Source: Callorhinchus milii (lineage: Eukaryota). Taken from it: a stretch of 64,000 nucleotides of DNA. This document shows, piece by piece, positions 1 to 12,830 of the stretch. The DNA lies in assembly GCF_018977255.1 (NCBI RefSeq), contig NW_024704743.1, positions 47,060,001-47,124,000 on the forward strand, written 5' to 3'. Both the position numbers and the translations under genes were made by a program. Within the stretch, counting starts at the first letter, position 1. Every line of letters starts with the position of its first letter. The notes under the pieces are model-generated. The model was not told the DNA's origin. It saw only the letters and a program-made list of their open reading frames with translations, and searched no databases.

Positions 1-214
1 TGCTCAAGGGGTGTGGCCTAAGTGACTTTAGGGGATAAGGATTAGAAACTACTTTGCAGCAGTTCTAAATCTGGCTTGGCATATGGGGCCCACAGGGTCA
101 GACAGGGAGAGCACGCCTCACCAAGCCTCATTTATACAATATTATGCCAGATGAGCTGAATATCTCTGTAACAGTTTGATGCCATGATATAGAATTTGCT
201 AATGTTTACACTGG

Positions 215-1095
215 CAGAATTATGCTCAACCTTCATGGTTCAGTCCTTGAATGGTTTCGATCCACCCTCTCACACCGTCTCCACTTCATCTCCACAAACA
301 TCTCCTCTAGCCCCCACCCCGTCTTGTGCGGAGTTCCTCAGGGCTCTGTCCTTGGTCCCCTCCTTTTCAAAAATATGCTCCCTCTTGGTGACATCAAACG
401 ATTACATGGGGTCGATTTCCACATTTATTTCTCTGCCACCACCCTCAACTCCAGGACCATTGTGCTACTGACTGCACTGACACACCGCAGGCCACTGAGA
501 CCCTCATACACACATTCAAAACATCCAGGCTTGACTACGCAATCTCCATGCTTGTTGGCCTCCCCAACTCCTCCTTCCATAGACTTTAGATCATCCAGAA
601 CTCTGCAGCCCGTGTCCTCTCCCACACCAGGCTCGTGACCCTATCACTTCCATCCTCGCCCAACTCCGCTGACTTCCCATCACACAGAAGATAAAGTTCA
701 GGATCCTGGTCCTCACCTTCAAAACCCTCCATGGCCTTGCTCCCCCTTACCTCAGTGACCTCCTAACTCCTTACCAACCTGCTCGCCCCCTGCTCAGGGG
801 GCTCCAGCCTTCTTCATGTCCTCCACCTCTCCTGCCCTCCCATTGGTGGGTGGGCCTTCAGTCATTCTGCCACCACCCTCTGGAAATCCATCCCGCAGTC
901 CCTCCGCTTCGCCCCCTCCCTTGCCTCCTTCAAGACCCATCTCAAGGCCTTCCTCTACAACCGTGCTTTTGATCACCCTGCTCCCCACCTACCCTCCACC
1001 CTCCCCGATCAATCCCCCCAACTCAGTCTGTTCAGCACCTTGGGACATCCTCCTGACGTGAAAAGCACCATACAAATTTAATTTTGTTCTTGTCT
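215..1095 (+). mobile_element. L2-clade LINE fragment, internally deleted, RT remnant to 3' tail
   Basis: GVPQGSVLGPLLF RT motif, C-rich ORF2 3' region, tail acgtgaaaagcaccatacaaatttaattttgtt. Confidence 0.88.
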
Positions 1096-1099
1096 GTTC

Positions 1100-1350
1100 A
1101 GGTAGAAATCCCATGGTACTTTTTGAAAAAAGAACAGAGTTTCCCAATATCTTGACCAACAATCCCACAATATAATATATAATATATAAAAGGTTATTAA
1201 CTTCACGGTTATTTGTAGGGAATTCCTGTGCACAAACTGGATGCCGTGATTGCCACAATGTGTCACTCCACTTTACAGAAATATTTGGTGACGAGCTTTG
1301 AAATGTTTTAATGTTATAAGGCGCTATGTCAAATGCAAGGATCATTACTA
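1100..1350 (+). mobile_element. Deu-domain SINE fragment (older family)
   Basis: gtctgttcaggtagaaatcccatggtact Deu-like core and 3' tail aaggcgctatgtcaaatgcaaggatcatta. Confidence 0.65.
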
Positions 1351-2689
1351 TCTTTTCTTATGCCAGTTAACTAATATTTACAGTGCCAGTAGTATCAAAC
1401 AAATGTTATGCAAAGCACAATTTGATGGCAGTAGGAGCTATAAATAAATACATTTCTTTTCAAAAAAAAATGGGCCAAGGGCAGTTAATTGGGAAAATAA
1501 ATTACAAATAGTGAGCTCGGCTTGATATGTAAAGCAATGCTCTCGTATTGGTGGTGGTTCGGCCCACTCTTGGTGCTTGCTTGACTGCCTTCTGGAGTCG
1601 GCGGTGAATTTTCCAGGAACATATTTTCTCCCCTGAATTAAGGTCCCATCTGCCAGTTCAGGTGGACGTTAAAGATCCAAGGGGAATATTTAGAAAGAGA
1701 AGGGTGTTCTCCTCTGAATTGGCCATTTTTTTTAGTGGCAGGGTTTCTTTGCCTTTTGCCTCCGCGAGGAAGGGAATGACTGGCCAGCACAAAGAGATGC
1801 GCAGATCCACCTTTAACACTCGCAGTTACTACAGTACACTTCTACTGTAGAATAACTGGCTTCCCCAACATGTGTGCAGTACGCAGCAAGTGGACTAGTC
1901 TATTGCAACCACCCTCCCAAGCGTTATTAGCTCTAGAAATTATTGTGAGAGTGATCATTGTCATTTTATGCTAGAAACTAGAGATGACGTGAGTGACAAC
2001 TGAAGCACGACCGGGTCTATTTTTCTTTCGTGGATTAAATATTATGCAGGGTCTATGTTTAGGGACCTAAAACACTGCGTCAAAACAGGGCGGTCCTGTA
2101 CTTTGTGGGAGGTGAAAACAGCGAGGATTCTCCTGGCCGCAAAGGCTCTGAATCCTTTTCATCTGTGTATGTTATCTGTGTATCTGTCTGTAGTCAAATC
2201 AACTGGATATGTGGGGTTGTGGGAGGAGAGCTGCAGGAAGATCTCCTAACTGATTAGAACACCAACTGCGTACTAGCTGTATAAAAGGTAGCTGTCTGGA
2301 CTCAGGTCAGTGGCATTTTTTGTGATTTTCTTTGGGTCAAAGGCAACCACAGAGAAGAAACAAAATGTGGATTTAAAAAAAAAGAAGAATGCTGATTTTG
2401 AACAAGTTGCTTTCAGACTAAAATATCATCCATCCAAACAGTGAATCAATCTTTACAGCCCCCAGTGTATGCGTTGTTCCACATCCTACACCAGCCATTC
2501 ATATTGTTATCTGACTCCAATTGACATTTAAAATGTGAGCAGCTTCGAACTATAGTTGGAATGAAAGGACTTCTGATTTCAGCTGAGACTTTGCAGATTT
2601 CAAAATACTTAATTTCTAAACTAAAACAAATCCTTGGATTTGATATAGCTCCCTCCTCTTCACAGGATTCCATATAATGTATCGTGACT

Positions 2690-2960
2690 CTATTTTGTAG
2701 GAAATGCGACAGTCAATTTAGCACAGTGATATCACCCAAAAAAGGCATGAAGTGAATGTCCAGTCTACCTAGGGGATAGGACACCAGTAGAAATTTCCTT
2801 TTCGAATAGTGTCATGGGATCCTCAATGTCCACTTGGACAGGCAGATGGTATATTGGTTTAACATCTCATCGAAAGGACAGCACTTCCCAACAATACAGC
2901 ATATTCCATTGGACTGCATTGAAATGTGAGCTCAAAGTCCCAATGTGAACCCAGAACCCT
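2690..2960 (-). mobile_element. Deu-domain SINE fragment (older family)
   Basis: Reverse complement of the Deu core (gaatagtgtcatgggatc...gtttaacatctcatcgaaaggacagcac). Confidence 0.7.
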
Positions 2961-4799
2961 TTGAATATCACGTGAAATCCTTTCATTATGAGTGTCCTGA
3001 GACAGTGATCTCAACCATCAACTCTTGGTGTCATTTACTGGGGAAAAACTGCTCTGTCTGCAGAATAATGAAGATATGTGAATCAGCACGTGTGGCAGAA
3101 TTCTTTCTTTTGGGGTGAATCATCAACAAGTCATTGCACTTGTTCATTTAAAGTGTGATGTGGCACTTTTCTGTCAAACGCATAGTCATCAACTCTGCTG
3201 AATGTGAAATGAGTGACAAGTAGTTCTAGTGTGTGTTGGATAGACACTGACATTGAATGATGCAGCAAGTATACTGTGTGCGTTTAATATTAAAATAAGG
3301 GGGGGGGGGGCGCCTGACAGCTTGGCAATGTGTTAAACTTACTTTACTTTCACCTTTGGTATGTGTTTTCCTCCAACCCAGGCCAAAGGAATGAAATTCT
3401 CTCTCTCTTCTGGGTATAAAGGTCAACATAACATGAAGAAATGGAAAGAAAAAAGGGCCATTTGGCCCATTAAACTCGTTCTCTTCACAGACCATGTGCA
3501 CTTTGCTAATGAGCAGGCAGACAACACAGGCAAACCACCAAGAAGGTAAAGCTTTGAAATGTCCAATGGTACATAATCGAACCACTTTAGTATCTGGTCT
3601 TTATAGCTTAAAACACATGCACAATTGTCAATCTCAGCCAGAGAAGCCATATAAACAAATCTATCGTTTTACGTTTAAAGCGTCATTTTTTAAAAGTTTT
3701 TACATGGTGTTTTCATTTCCCATCCATACTGCTTTAAACCGTTTCAACTCTGCTGAATGTGAAGTGAGTGAATTAATGATGTTTTTACTTGCCCGTTTCT
3801 TTCAATTTCGAATAAACATGCTTTTGCTCAGATACCAAAACATATTGTAATATTTAAGACCAGTAATTCAAGTTGTCAATAAGGTTTAAACATTTGTTCC
3901 ACAGGTATTGCTGCTACTGGTACAGCTAAACCAATTTATCAAAAGAACAGTACATTTATCATAAATTTTGGCTCATAATAAGAAAAAGCAATCTCTGTCA
4001 GTGGCTGCGTGTTTTTATGTTATTAAAAATAAGCATGTGTACAAATTCATCTGGACATTAATATCTTTATTATTGCTCCATTACTGAAGTAAGATGGATT
4101 TTCAGTGCAGCAAAGGCTCCCTGTGCATTTTAATAAGACAGTCGTGAGAAGTGAATGCAGAAAGAATGACTTCCCAGCTTCTGTTTTGAATGCTCATTTG
4201 AAATAATGTTCCAAACAACTCAACCTCCCAGGCTCTCATTTTCTGTCACCACGGTTGAGAAAATCAATTTAGCAGTTATCAGACCTACAAATGAGACTCC
4301 ACTGAAAGCCCACGGCCTGCTTTCTGCCACCCTGAGCTTTCCTCGCAGCTGTCACTTGCTTCATTCAGTCGCCTCTGTGAGCGAGCAGACATGTAATCCA
4401 AGAAGCTCACTTCTGGCTTGCGCCAAACATTTATTTTCTGCTAACAACTGTATTAATAATGATCGTTGCATTTGGTATTGTGCCTTATCACTTCAGAAGG
4501 ATGTCTAAAAGCAATTCACAGGATTTACTGTGAAATGGAGTTACTGTGTATTTGTAGGCAAACACGGCAGCACAATTGCATATAGCAATGTTCCACAAAT
4601 AGCCATGAAATGAATGACCAATTTTTAAACAATTTTAACTTTTAGCTCTCTGTAAAGCCCAGATGCAAGACTTGAGCACTGCTCCCCTATCTGGGGAGGA
4701 GCAGACAAGAATTGGAAGAGGTGAACGTCCTGGCGGGAAAATAAAGCAGATGGATATTGTTGGCATGAGAACACCAGAAACATGTGTTTACAGATTTTA

Positions 4800-5220
4800 G
4801 CCCCAGAGGATAGAGTTCATAATCCTCATCCTCACCTTCAAGGCCCTCCATGGCCTTGCTCCTTTCTACCTCTGTGACCTGCTAACCCCTTACCAACCTG
4901 TCCGCTCCATCAGCAGGCTCTGGCCTGATCCACGTCCCCCGCCTGGCCCGCCCCACCATCGGCGGTCAGCACTTCAGCTTCTCTGCCCCCACCCTTTATA
5001 ACTCATCCCACAGTCCCTTCACCTTGTTCGCTCTGTTGCTTCCTTCAAGGCACGTCTCAAGACCCTGCACTTCAACTGCGCCTTCGGCCACCCCCTTACC
5101 CCTATCCTCAACCCCTCTTGATCCCACTCCCCCAAGCTCGAGTGCAAATCCCTGACTGGCCAGTGGCCTGGGATATCCTCCCGATGTGAAGGGCGCTATA
5201 CAAATGTAATTTGTTGTTTG
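4800..5220 (+). mobile_element. L2 LINE 3' fragment
   Basis: Closely similar to 20700-20940 and 680-1090; ends gggcgctatacaaatgtaatttgttgtt. Confidence 0.88.
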
Positions 5221-6560
5221 TTACTGTGGTTGTTAGCCTCTGGTGTTACTTTTTGCAATAAAGTGCTCACATGCCAGTCATGTAAGAACATTTTCAGGAC
5301 ATGTGATTCTGTTGAACTTAAATTCTTCATTAAACACTGCAACCTTTCAAAAACAAGGCCGACAATACCTCCATTCTCAGTAAACCAGTCAAAGTCAAAA
5401 GGTCTGATCTAGAGGTTACCAAAAATCAAGTTAAGCTTAGGCCTGTCTGACTTCGAAAAACATATGCAAATTCACAGAGGAAGTCAATTCCTAACGAAGA
5501 AGGCTGCCCAAAAATGAAACACTTTTTTGTAAAGTTGTTCAAACGGCAGCCCATTGTTGCCAGTTTTGCCACACTGAATCAAAAATAATCCAAATCAAAA
5601 ATGGATTGCGTTTGAAGTGCATCTATCATCAACACGTTGAGCTTCAACAAATACTCAGAATACCAATTCTCGTAACCGCACCACCAAAAGTCTCACTTGT
5701 AGCTGGGAACTGCAATGTTGGCAAAAAAAAAGTTTATTCAAACACAAGAGGTTTGTATCCAAGGCCATATGATTTGAAACCACAAGGGACAAGACATTTT
5801 GGATGTCTGGAATGTGTTTACCACAGTTCAATTTGAATCCCTGTGTTAGAACAACAACAATTGCCATTTATGTAGCACTTTTCATGTTGAGTTGATATTT
5901 CAACACACTTCACACAACTGACAGGGTGTGTTAGGTGGGGAGATGGGGAGAGAGGGGAGGCTGCAGAAGAGGGGAACATGGGGGTAGAAGATGGCCATAA
6001 ATTTGCTTGAAAAGCTAGGTCTTAAGGTGGGTTTTGAAGGCAGGGAGAGGTGTAGATATTTGTTTGTCTCTCTTATGGGCAGAATTAACAATTAGTTTAC
6101 TGTACAATTACTTCACACCATGCTGGGGTTTAAAGAGACTCACCACTCACTAATTAGCTTTTAGGAGGTTGTAATTTCAGCTAACAAATATGATTAGTCT
6201 ACGTAACAATACTATATTAAGCACATGCTTATTGTTCGTATCCCTTTCTTGACAAGGTCAGCAATTTAAGCCATGTATGCCATGTGATTCAGGTGGCCAT
6301 TAAGGGACACCCCCATTGCAATACTAAAGAAAATGGAGTTTTTTTCTAGTTTATCTTGACTTAAAACTCCCTCCTCATTCAAATGCATTCCACGAGGGAG
6401 AAGGGAATGGAGGAGTTAGGGGAGATTGAAGAGGTGGAGGCTCATGTGAAGTATAAACAACCAGCACAGTTGGCTGAATGGCCTGTTTTGTACTGTTTTT
6501 GTACTGTAAGTTGCTAATTAATTCTGTATAAATTCACCCTCAACAATTCAAATTAATTAA

Positions 6561-6725
6561 AGGTTCAAATCGATAACCTTTCATCAGAGTTGTGGCGAAA
6601 GGTTATCGACCTGAAATGTTAACTCATTTTCCTCTCTCCATAGATGCTGCCTGACCTATTGCATGTTCCCAGAAACTACTGTGCTTATTTTAGATTTCTA
6701 GCATCTGCAGTATTTTGCCTTTTTT
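6561..6725 (+). mobile_element. Penelope-type terminal repeat remnant with degenerate hammerhead ribozyme motifs in inverted arrangement
   Basis: GAGTT-gtggcga-a-AGGT tatcg ACCT-GAAA-tgtt-AACTC followed by ctctccatagatgctgcctgacc...gcatctgcagtattttg. An inverted partial copy carries CTGATGA at 6581-6587 (minus). Confidence 0.65.
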
Positions 6726-7946
6726 AAAAAATTCTAATTAATTGGCTGTTTATTCAAATGTTGCATAAGGAACTCAGCTGGTGCAAATTTGCGGTTGTGT
6801 TCTCCTGCATAATATTCACGCAAACTCATTCAATAAATGGTTTCAGGGCTCATTTTGCATAAAAAGATGCAGTATAAAAGCGTTTGCAGATAGGAGGAAG
6901 TGTTTTTTTTCACAGAATAAATGGCCATGAATGGCTATTAAAAAGACCCTGACTGGAATGCTCGGACACTAGTTGTGCGCTCTGGGATGCTACCCTGCGT
7001 GAGGGACGCTATATAAATGCAAGTTGTTGTTGTTACACTGCTAAGCCTCCTGATCTCCAGTGTGTCACTGTGTGACGATAATGACTAGAGGATGGGCGTG
7101 GATGGAAGACAGAAAAATGTTAAGAAGACTCTCTCTCGGCCACTCTTGTTTGCTTCCTAGCGGTCTTTTCAAAGCAGGGTTGGCAAATGTGCAGGGGGTA
7201 GTCGGCCCCTCCCCCGCACACTGCTTGGTGTGTGTGGAGATCAAAATGTAGGAGGAAAGAGAGGGGCTTCAGCCACTTGGAGGCATAACAAATCTCCAGA
7301 GTGGAACTTTTGTTTAAACTTTACAATTTTACTTCAAAAACAGTGCTTTAAAGATCTAAACAAAACCAAAAAGCTTGTTAGACCACTGAGCAAAAGCAGC
7401 ATTTTATGATTAGGAAATAAAATAAAAAACATTAGAAGTTAGAACATTGCGTGCAACGCTGAGCTGTGAGAAACTACAGCTTGCGCGTTGCAGTAATTGT
7501 GAAAAGTAAACTCTTAACATATAAACATAATTCCTTTTCCCCCCCCGCTGCTAGAGAGGGGGTGAAAGGTACCTTTCTGTGCTTCTTTAATTGGATGCAG
7601 AAAAAGAGCAGTTAATTGACAAGAGACGAAATAACAAGGATTGTAATAACAAACTGGTTCCTAATTCTGAACTGGAGCCCCCCTTTAAACTATTGCCCGT
7701 TTGCTGCCTTTTTAAACCGCAATACAAACATACAACAGTTTGGATTTTAAAAAAATTCCACTGCATTTAAATAGAGCAAGTTTTCTAAAGAAGCTCAAAT
7801 ATTATGACATTCCATTAACAAAATTCAATAACTTTCAGCAGAGATGCATTCAAACAGACAGGATTTTTCAATTCAAAATAACCCAGGACACCTAAATCTT
7901 TTCAGGATATTGCCTTTGATATAAAAATATGAAAAGACAGTCTTAC

Positions 7947-8024
7947 CTTAAAATTATGCGATTTTTCATAATTGAAATTGCTCTCACTTTGTTTCAAGGT
8001 GGCTCTTCTGACGACAGAGGTGAT
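7947..8024 (-). CDS. CHN2: Common exon (exon 7 equivalent), ITSVVRRATLKQSESNFNYEKSHNFK, leading into the C1 domain
   Basis: ttcacag|ATC...TTTAAG|gtaaga. 78 nt, phase 0 to 0. NFNYEKxHNFK is the start of the chimaerin C1 domain. Confidence 0.96.
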
Positions 8025-8195
8025 CTGTGAATAGGCAAAGAGTTTCAGTGGTTGCCACAGCACAGTACCCCTTCTACCCACTTTCATTCCGAGTGCAACA
8101 GCCAGCAGTTCTTGCCGTTTCTTGTCCTTTTTGGATTTGCGTACAGCAGGAGAGCATGTCTGCTCACTCTCTGACCACAGCTCCTCAGATGGCAT
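8025..8195 (-). CDS. CHN2: Beta1-chimaerin isoform-specific N-terminus (57 aa, MPSEELWSES...PLKLFAYSQ), contiguous with exon 7
   Basis: gccATG at 8195. Reads through the exon-7 acceptor without splicing. RKSK..KRQELLAVALG.KVG..LW.PLKLFA.SQ matches the SH2-less beta1/alpha1 chimaerin leader. Confidence 0.9.
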
Positions 8196-8900
8196 GGCGT
8201 GAGGGTCCCAGATACGTTCCCTATCCTCGCCAGAGCTCTGAAGGTTTAACGTCCTCAAGTTTGTCAAACAGCCCCTAATATCAGTCACCAGAGTGGCAGC
8301 AGCTGCACTCCATTCTGCTGAGACCTCTGGCATGTGACTTGAATGGGCTGTCTTTCGTGATGGAAGGGGCTTCTGCATCTGAATGAGCCCCAGCGAAGGC
8401 CTGTGCGAGCACTCAAGACAGACGTGTGCTGCAGACAAAAGCCCACATTCATAAGCCCTGCAAAACCTTGGCAACGGTTTCTAGACAGACGTTACAGGAC
8501 TTCAGGCAGGGGGTGGCAACTCGGCACCCTGAGACCACAACAGATTTCAAAGGGCCGATCGGTTCTGCATGGTACCACATTAAAGTGAATCACTCAGACA
8601 GCACTGGTCAGACACTGCATCCAATTACACAGCAAATCAGATCCAGAGAGTTATAAGACCTTCTGATCTGGCCAAGAGATTAAACTCTATTAAAAAAAAA
8701 TCCATTCAGAGGGTAATCTTACAATATGAAAATCCTTTTTCATATCCTGTGGAAATGAATCTCCTACAGGCCAGTAGTGTCAGAAGATTAACAGGACTAG
8801 AAGATGCCTACGACTGTACATGATGAGGAATCTCACAGTTTATAATTCACATTTACACGTTACAGTTAGCTCCAGAATAGGACAACACAAACATAAATAG
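8196..8900 (-). promoter_or_regulatory. Inferred beta1-chimaerin internal promoter and 5' UTR region
   Basis: Stretch without recognisable repeats immediately upstream of the beta1 ATG. Beta1 is known to come from an internal promoter. No TSS can be placed from sequence. Confidence 0.5.
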
Positions 8901-11349
8901 AAACACAGTCCAATATTTACCAAAATTATAGAACTGAGTTTATCACAACGGAGCATTAAATATTAAATCTCACCCCACTCCCACAAACACACACACACAC
9001 TAAAAATATCTTGTACAAACTCTGTCACAGATCTGAGTAACACATCTCCAAGTCACTGTTTGTTATAAATACTATTTATAAAAAAAGTATTTGCAGAATA
9101 GTTATTCAACTATCAAAGTTGAAACACTCAGAGAAAAGGTAAATACAAAGATGCTGCACCTAGAACATTTCTGAGCATCATACAGTAATAAGAATTAATT
9201 TAAACTATTGTCATCTTATTAATTATTATTACTGTAAGTTATGTTAGGTGTGACATTTTAATAATAATAATCCTTGCAGTTGATAATAGTGCCTTATCAC
9301 GTCTTCGAGACATCTGAAAGCGCTTCACAGAATATACTGTAAAGTGTAATGTCTGCATGTTTTGTGGACTGTGTGTTTTCTTTTTTTTAGGGAGAAGGGA
9401 ATAGAGGGTTATGGGATAGGGGATTATGAAGGGAGGAAGAGAGGACAAGTTGGGCCAAATTGCCTGTTTCGAACTGTAACGTTCAAATGCTGAAGAGTAC
9501 TCTAAATATAGCCCCAGGAATTTATCCTAATACCAGGGGTGACCATAGCTATTGTGACCCAGATTGAGGTTCAGATTCTGAATCCTATTTCCTCGGAATG
9601 CAGCTGCAAGGTCTGAAACTCAACACCAAGCCTTAACCTGTACAGAAGTTATCTAAAGAACTAGACTAATCCAAATGCTCCCATTTTGGACAGATCTAAA
9701 TAGATCTGAAACCACAACTATGATCTGGACAGAATCTTGGTGTAACCTCAGCTCCATGATAAGTTTTCCAGTTAGAGTGCGGAATTAGTGTCTTAGAATA
9801 GTTCCTTTGATAATTGACAGCTTAGCATTAACGACTCACAAAATGCATTTATTTAAACAAATTTGACATTTGCTCTTTAAGTCTTTCCCAAATGAACAGC
9901 AAGTTCTAATCAAAATGGACTGTACAGCATTTTTCACTGCAGTACCCCTCTTTAGAGCACTGAAATGCTTTGCGGGCCAAGAGAGAGAGAAAAATACTAC
10001 AGTACAGTTTTTCATAACTTGACGGATTATTTTTTATCAACAACATACGGTTCTGTATATCCCCTGGACAGGACTGAATAGTTCTGACCAAAAGAACGGA
10101 CTAGAAATGATTTCTGCAGACATCCTAAAATAGGCTAACTCTTACAAACTACAAAAACTGTCAGTGCCCAAGGGGGAGTGAGTTAAAATTGATATAAGCT
10201 TCAATGTATTTGATGGTTCAGTTTCTACAACAACAACAATGCAGTTATATAGTGCTTCTCATGCAGGGTAATGTCTCAGAGCGCTTCTAACACTGAGCTG
10301 GGGGTATACAAACATCGTTGTTTGGTTACTTTGAAATTGATGGAACAGAAATAACAGCTTGGTAGGCAAGTCACTAGAAAGTGGATACTTCAGCTATGAA
10401 GGAACTGCTTCCTATAGTATATGGTCACTTTAATGTGCTGCCAGTTTCCGCCACATCTCAGTTACTGCAAATGTTTTGGAACATAGCCAATCTTCACAAA
10501 CAAAATGATACAGTTGTAAATTTGATGTGTAGAATAGCTGTAATGATCAGTGCTGAGACTTTCTGTTGACAGAACATGACATGGTTCAATCACAATTTGC
10601 AGAATGTAAACGTAGATCTCTACCACTCATAAGAGCTGATTTGCAAATATCCAAGTGTGTTTTTGCTGCAAACACAATTGAAGATTTATATTTTAAAAAT
10701 TACATAATCGCATTTTTAAAGTACTATCATTAAATTAAAATTTACTACAAACCAATCTGAGGTTACTTTCCACTCCATCTTGGAACAATCTTAGACTAAC
10801 TCAAATTGCCAGAACATGGTATAAAAAGACCTAGTTAAATTAAACATCTAACCCAAACAGAACATCGCACTTTTGTAGAATTTCAGTTGAGTAGTTTTCA
10901 TCCGTACTAAAAAGCCCCAGGGGTTTCACCCCAAACCTGAATAAAAACACATACAAAAATATGTAATTAAATGCCTTTTCATAAAATAAGTTAAAAGGCA
11001 TTCACCTCTTGACTGTGAGATCACCTTAATTTCCTTTGCCTATAAAAATGGCCACTACACTTAGCAATAGCTACTTGTAATGTGCTTTATTATCTTTATA
11101 ATGTGCTAAAAGTGCAAGTTATTTCTTACTCTTAAAATTAAATATCTCTGCTCTCTATTGCTAGGTTCATTTGCTAACGCTATTTTTAAATAGATTTTTC
11201 TCCACTTTTGATTTCCTTTCATCAAAGCTTAGTCAACAAAATAGAAAGGCAATCTGCACCTTGGTCTTCCCCAGAGCCAAAGTCAATTTTCTCTGTATCT
11301 GAGCTAAAAAAGCATGAATTCACTGAACGGCTCTGTTTCAAAGAACCCT

Positions 11350-11595
11350 AATTGGCAGTATCCCAAGACATTCTGTGGTCCCCAAGCCTTGGCTCTTGCC
11401 AATCTGTGCCTAATAGTTTCCAGAATTAGGCAAACAGAATGGGTCCCTACAGGGAGAGAGTGCATATTTCATTCCAACAATCTATCTCAATTTCCATGTG
11501 GAGATGAGATGCACGGAAATCTCAGCTTGGTTTGGATACTCTTAAGCATGGTGATGGGTTTCCGCATGTGTCAGACACCTGGCTGACCAAAAACC
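11350..11595 (+). mobile_element. Unclassified dispersed repeat with A-rich end
   Basis: cagcttggtttggatactcttaagcatggtgatgggtttccgcatgtgtcagacacc.agctg recurs at ~36390-36580 (+), ~31585-31660 (-), ~41060-41125 (-) and ~59870-60120 (-). Confidence 0.8.
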
Positions 11596-11659
11596 ATAGG
11601 CTGGAGTAGTTTGGTGACTGGTTGCTTCTGAGTTCCTATGCAAAATGAGTTTGGGTCTT

Positions 11660-12130
11660 TCAAGAATAGCAGTTTACATTATACAGTGCTTTTATGTCAG
11701 GAGGACAACTCCACACAACCGACTGGGACCTTGAGCTGGTGGTGGGCGAGAAAGGTGACCAAATACCAAAAAGGCAGGCTTTAAAGGGGGCAAGGAAGAG
11801 GTAAGTTTGAGGGACTCTGGGATGGAGTTCTAGAGTGGGAGGTAGAACGACTGAAAGCTCGCTCACTGACTGTGGGGTGAATAGGGCGTGGGACATGAAG
11901 CAGTGCTTGATGAGTGGAAGGAACGACCAGGACAGTAAGGTGGCAGAGATGGGATACATCAAGGCTGTGGAGGGATTTCTGCCTGACGCCCTTCACATGG
12001 GATGGTATCTCGGAGTACTTAACGAAGGCAGAGTTTGATGCTGGGCTGGAGAGAAATGGCACGTGAGCACGGGAGGCACAGCGGAAGAGGAAAGGTCTTC
12101 AGGAGAGGAAAGGTCACCATTAATTTACAG
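11660..12130 (-). mobile_element. Diverged L2 LINE 3' fragment
   Basis: Reverse complement of the L2 tail and C-rich ORF2 end seen at 4800-5220. Confidence 0.7.
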
Positions 12131-12552
12131 TTAGTCAGAGAAGTCCATTTTTTCCAGTCTCCGGAAGTATAAAAATGTATCCTGGCAAAGGAAGGAGCTA
12201 AGAACGAGAACTCACACTCAAAGCAGAAGTAAATAACAAATTCCATGCAAATTATATGCCAGTTCAAGAATAGATCATTGTAGATCCTTGTAAAATGAAA
12301 TAAGATCTGAAACAAAATTGACAGCATGACTATTATTTGATAGTTATTAATCTTTCATGAAGGAGATGGGTTGGTTTTGTTATAATTTTCTTAGTGCAAG
12401 AATATTTAACCATTTAGGTTCCAGGTATATTTCAATAGCATAGGGTGACCCCAGTTTTACCCGGCGGTCTTTGTCTATAAACTCCGACCTAGCTACCTGT
12501 TAAAAAGCAGCCTTCCAGGTCAAATTAACTGAAATAATCATTAATTGAAATA

Positions 12553-12830
12553 AGCACTCACCTCTCAAGCGAGACACCTGGGTTTGATTCCCAGCAGGGT
12601 GAAACCTTGGGCAAATTTCCTTATTCCACACGCCTAATAATAATCCCGCAAGAAAAAAAATATTAAATTAATCCACGACTGTTTGTGGGACACTGCTGTG
12701 CGCAATTGGCTGCTGTGTTTCGCCTACAAATATACAGTCAATTCACTTTACAGTATATTCTGTGAAGCGCTTTGAGACATCTAGAAGATGTGAAAAGCGC
12801 TATATCAAATGCAAGGATTATTATTATTAT
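12553..12830 (+). mobile_element. Young tRNA-derived SINE, short variant, 5'-truncated
   Basis: Box B-like gggtttgattccc, gaaaccttgggcaa, tail gcgctatatcaaatgcaaggattattatt. Confidence 0.9.

Noticed and set aside
1..7900. Next CHN2 exon (VHTFRGPHWCEYC, C1 domain)
   Set aside because: Searched by eye on the minus strand and not found; presumably beyond the left edge.
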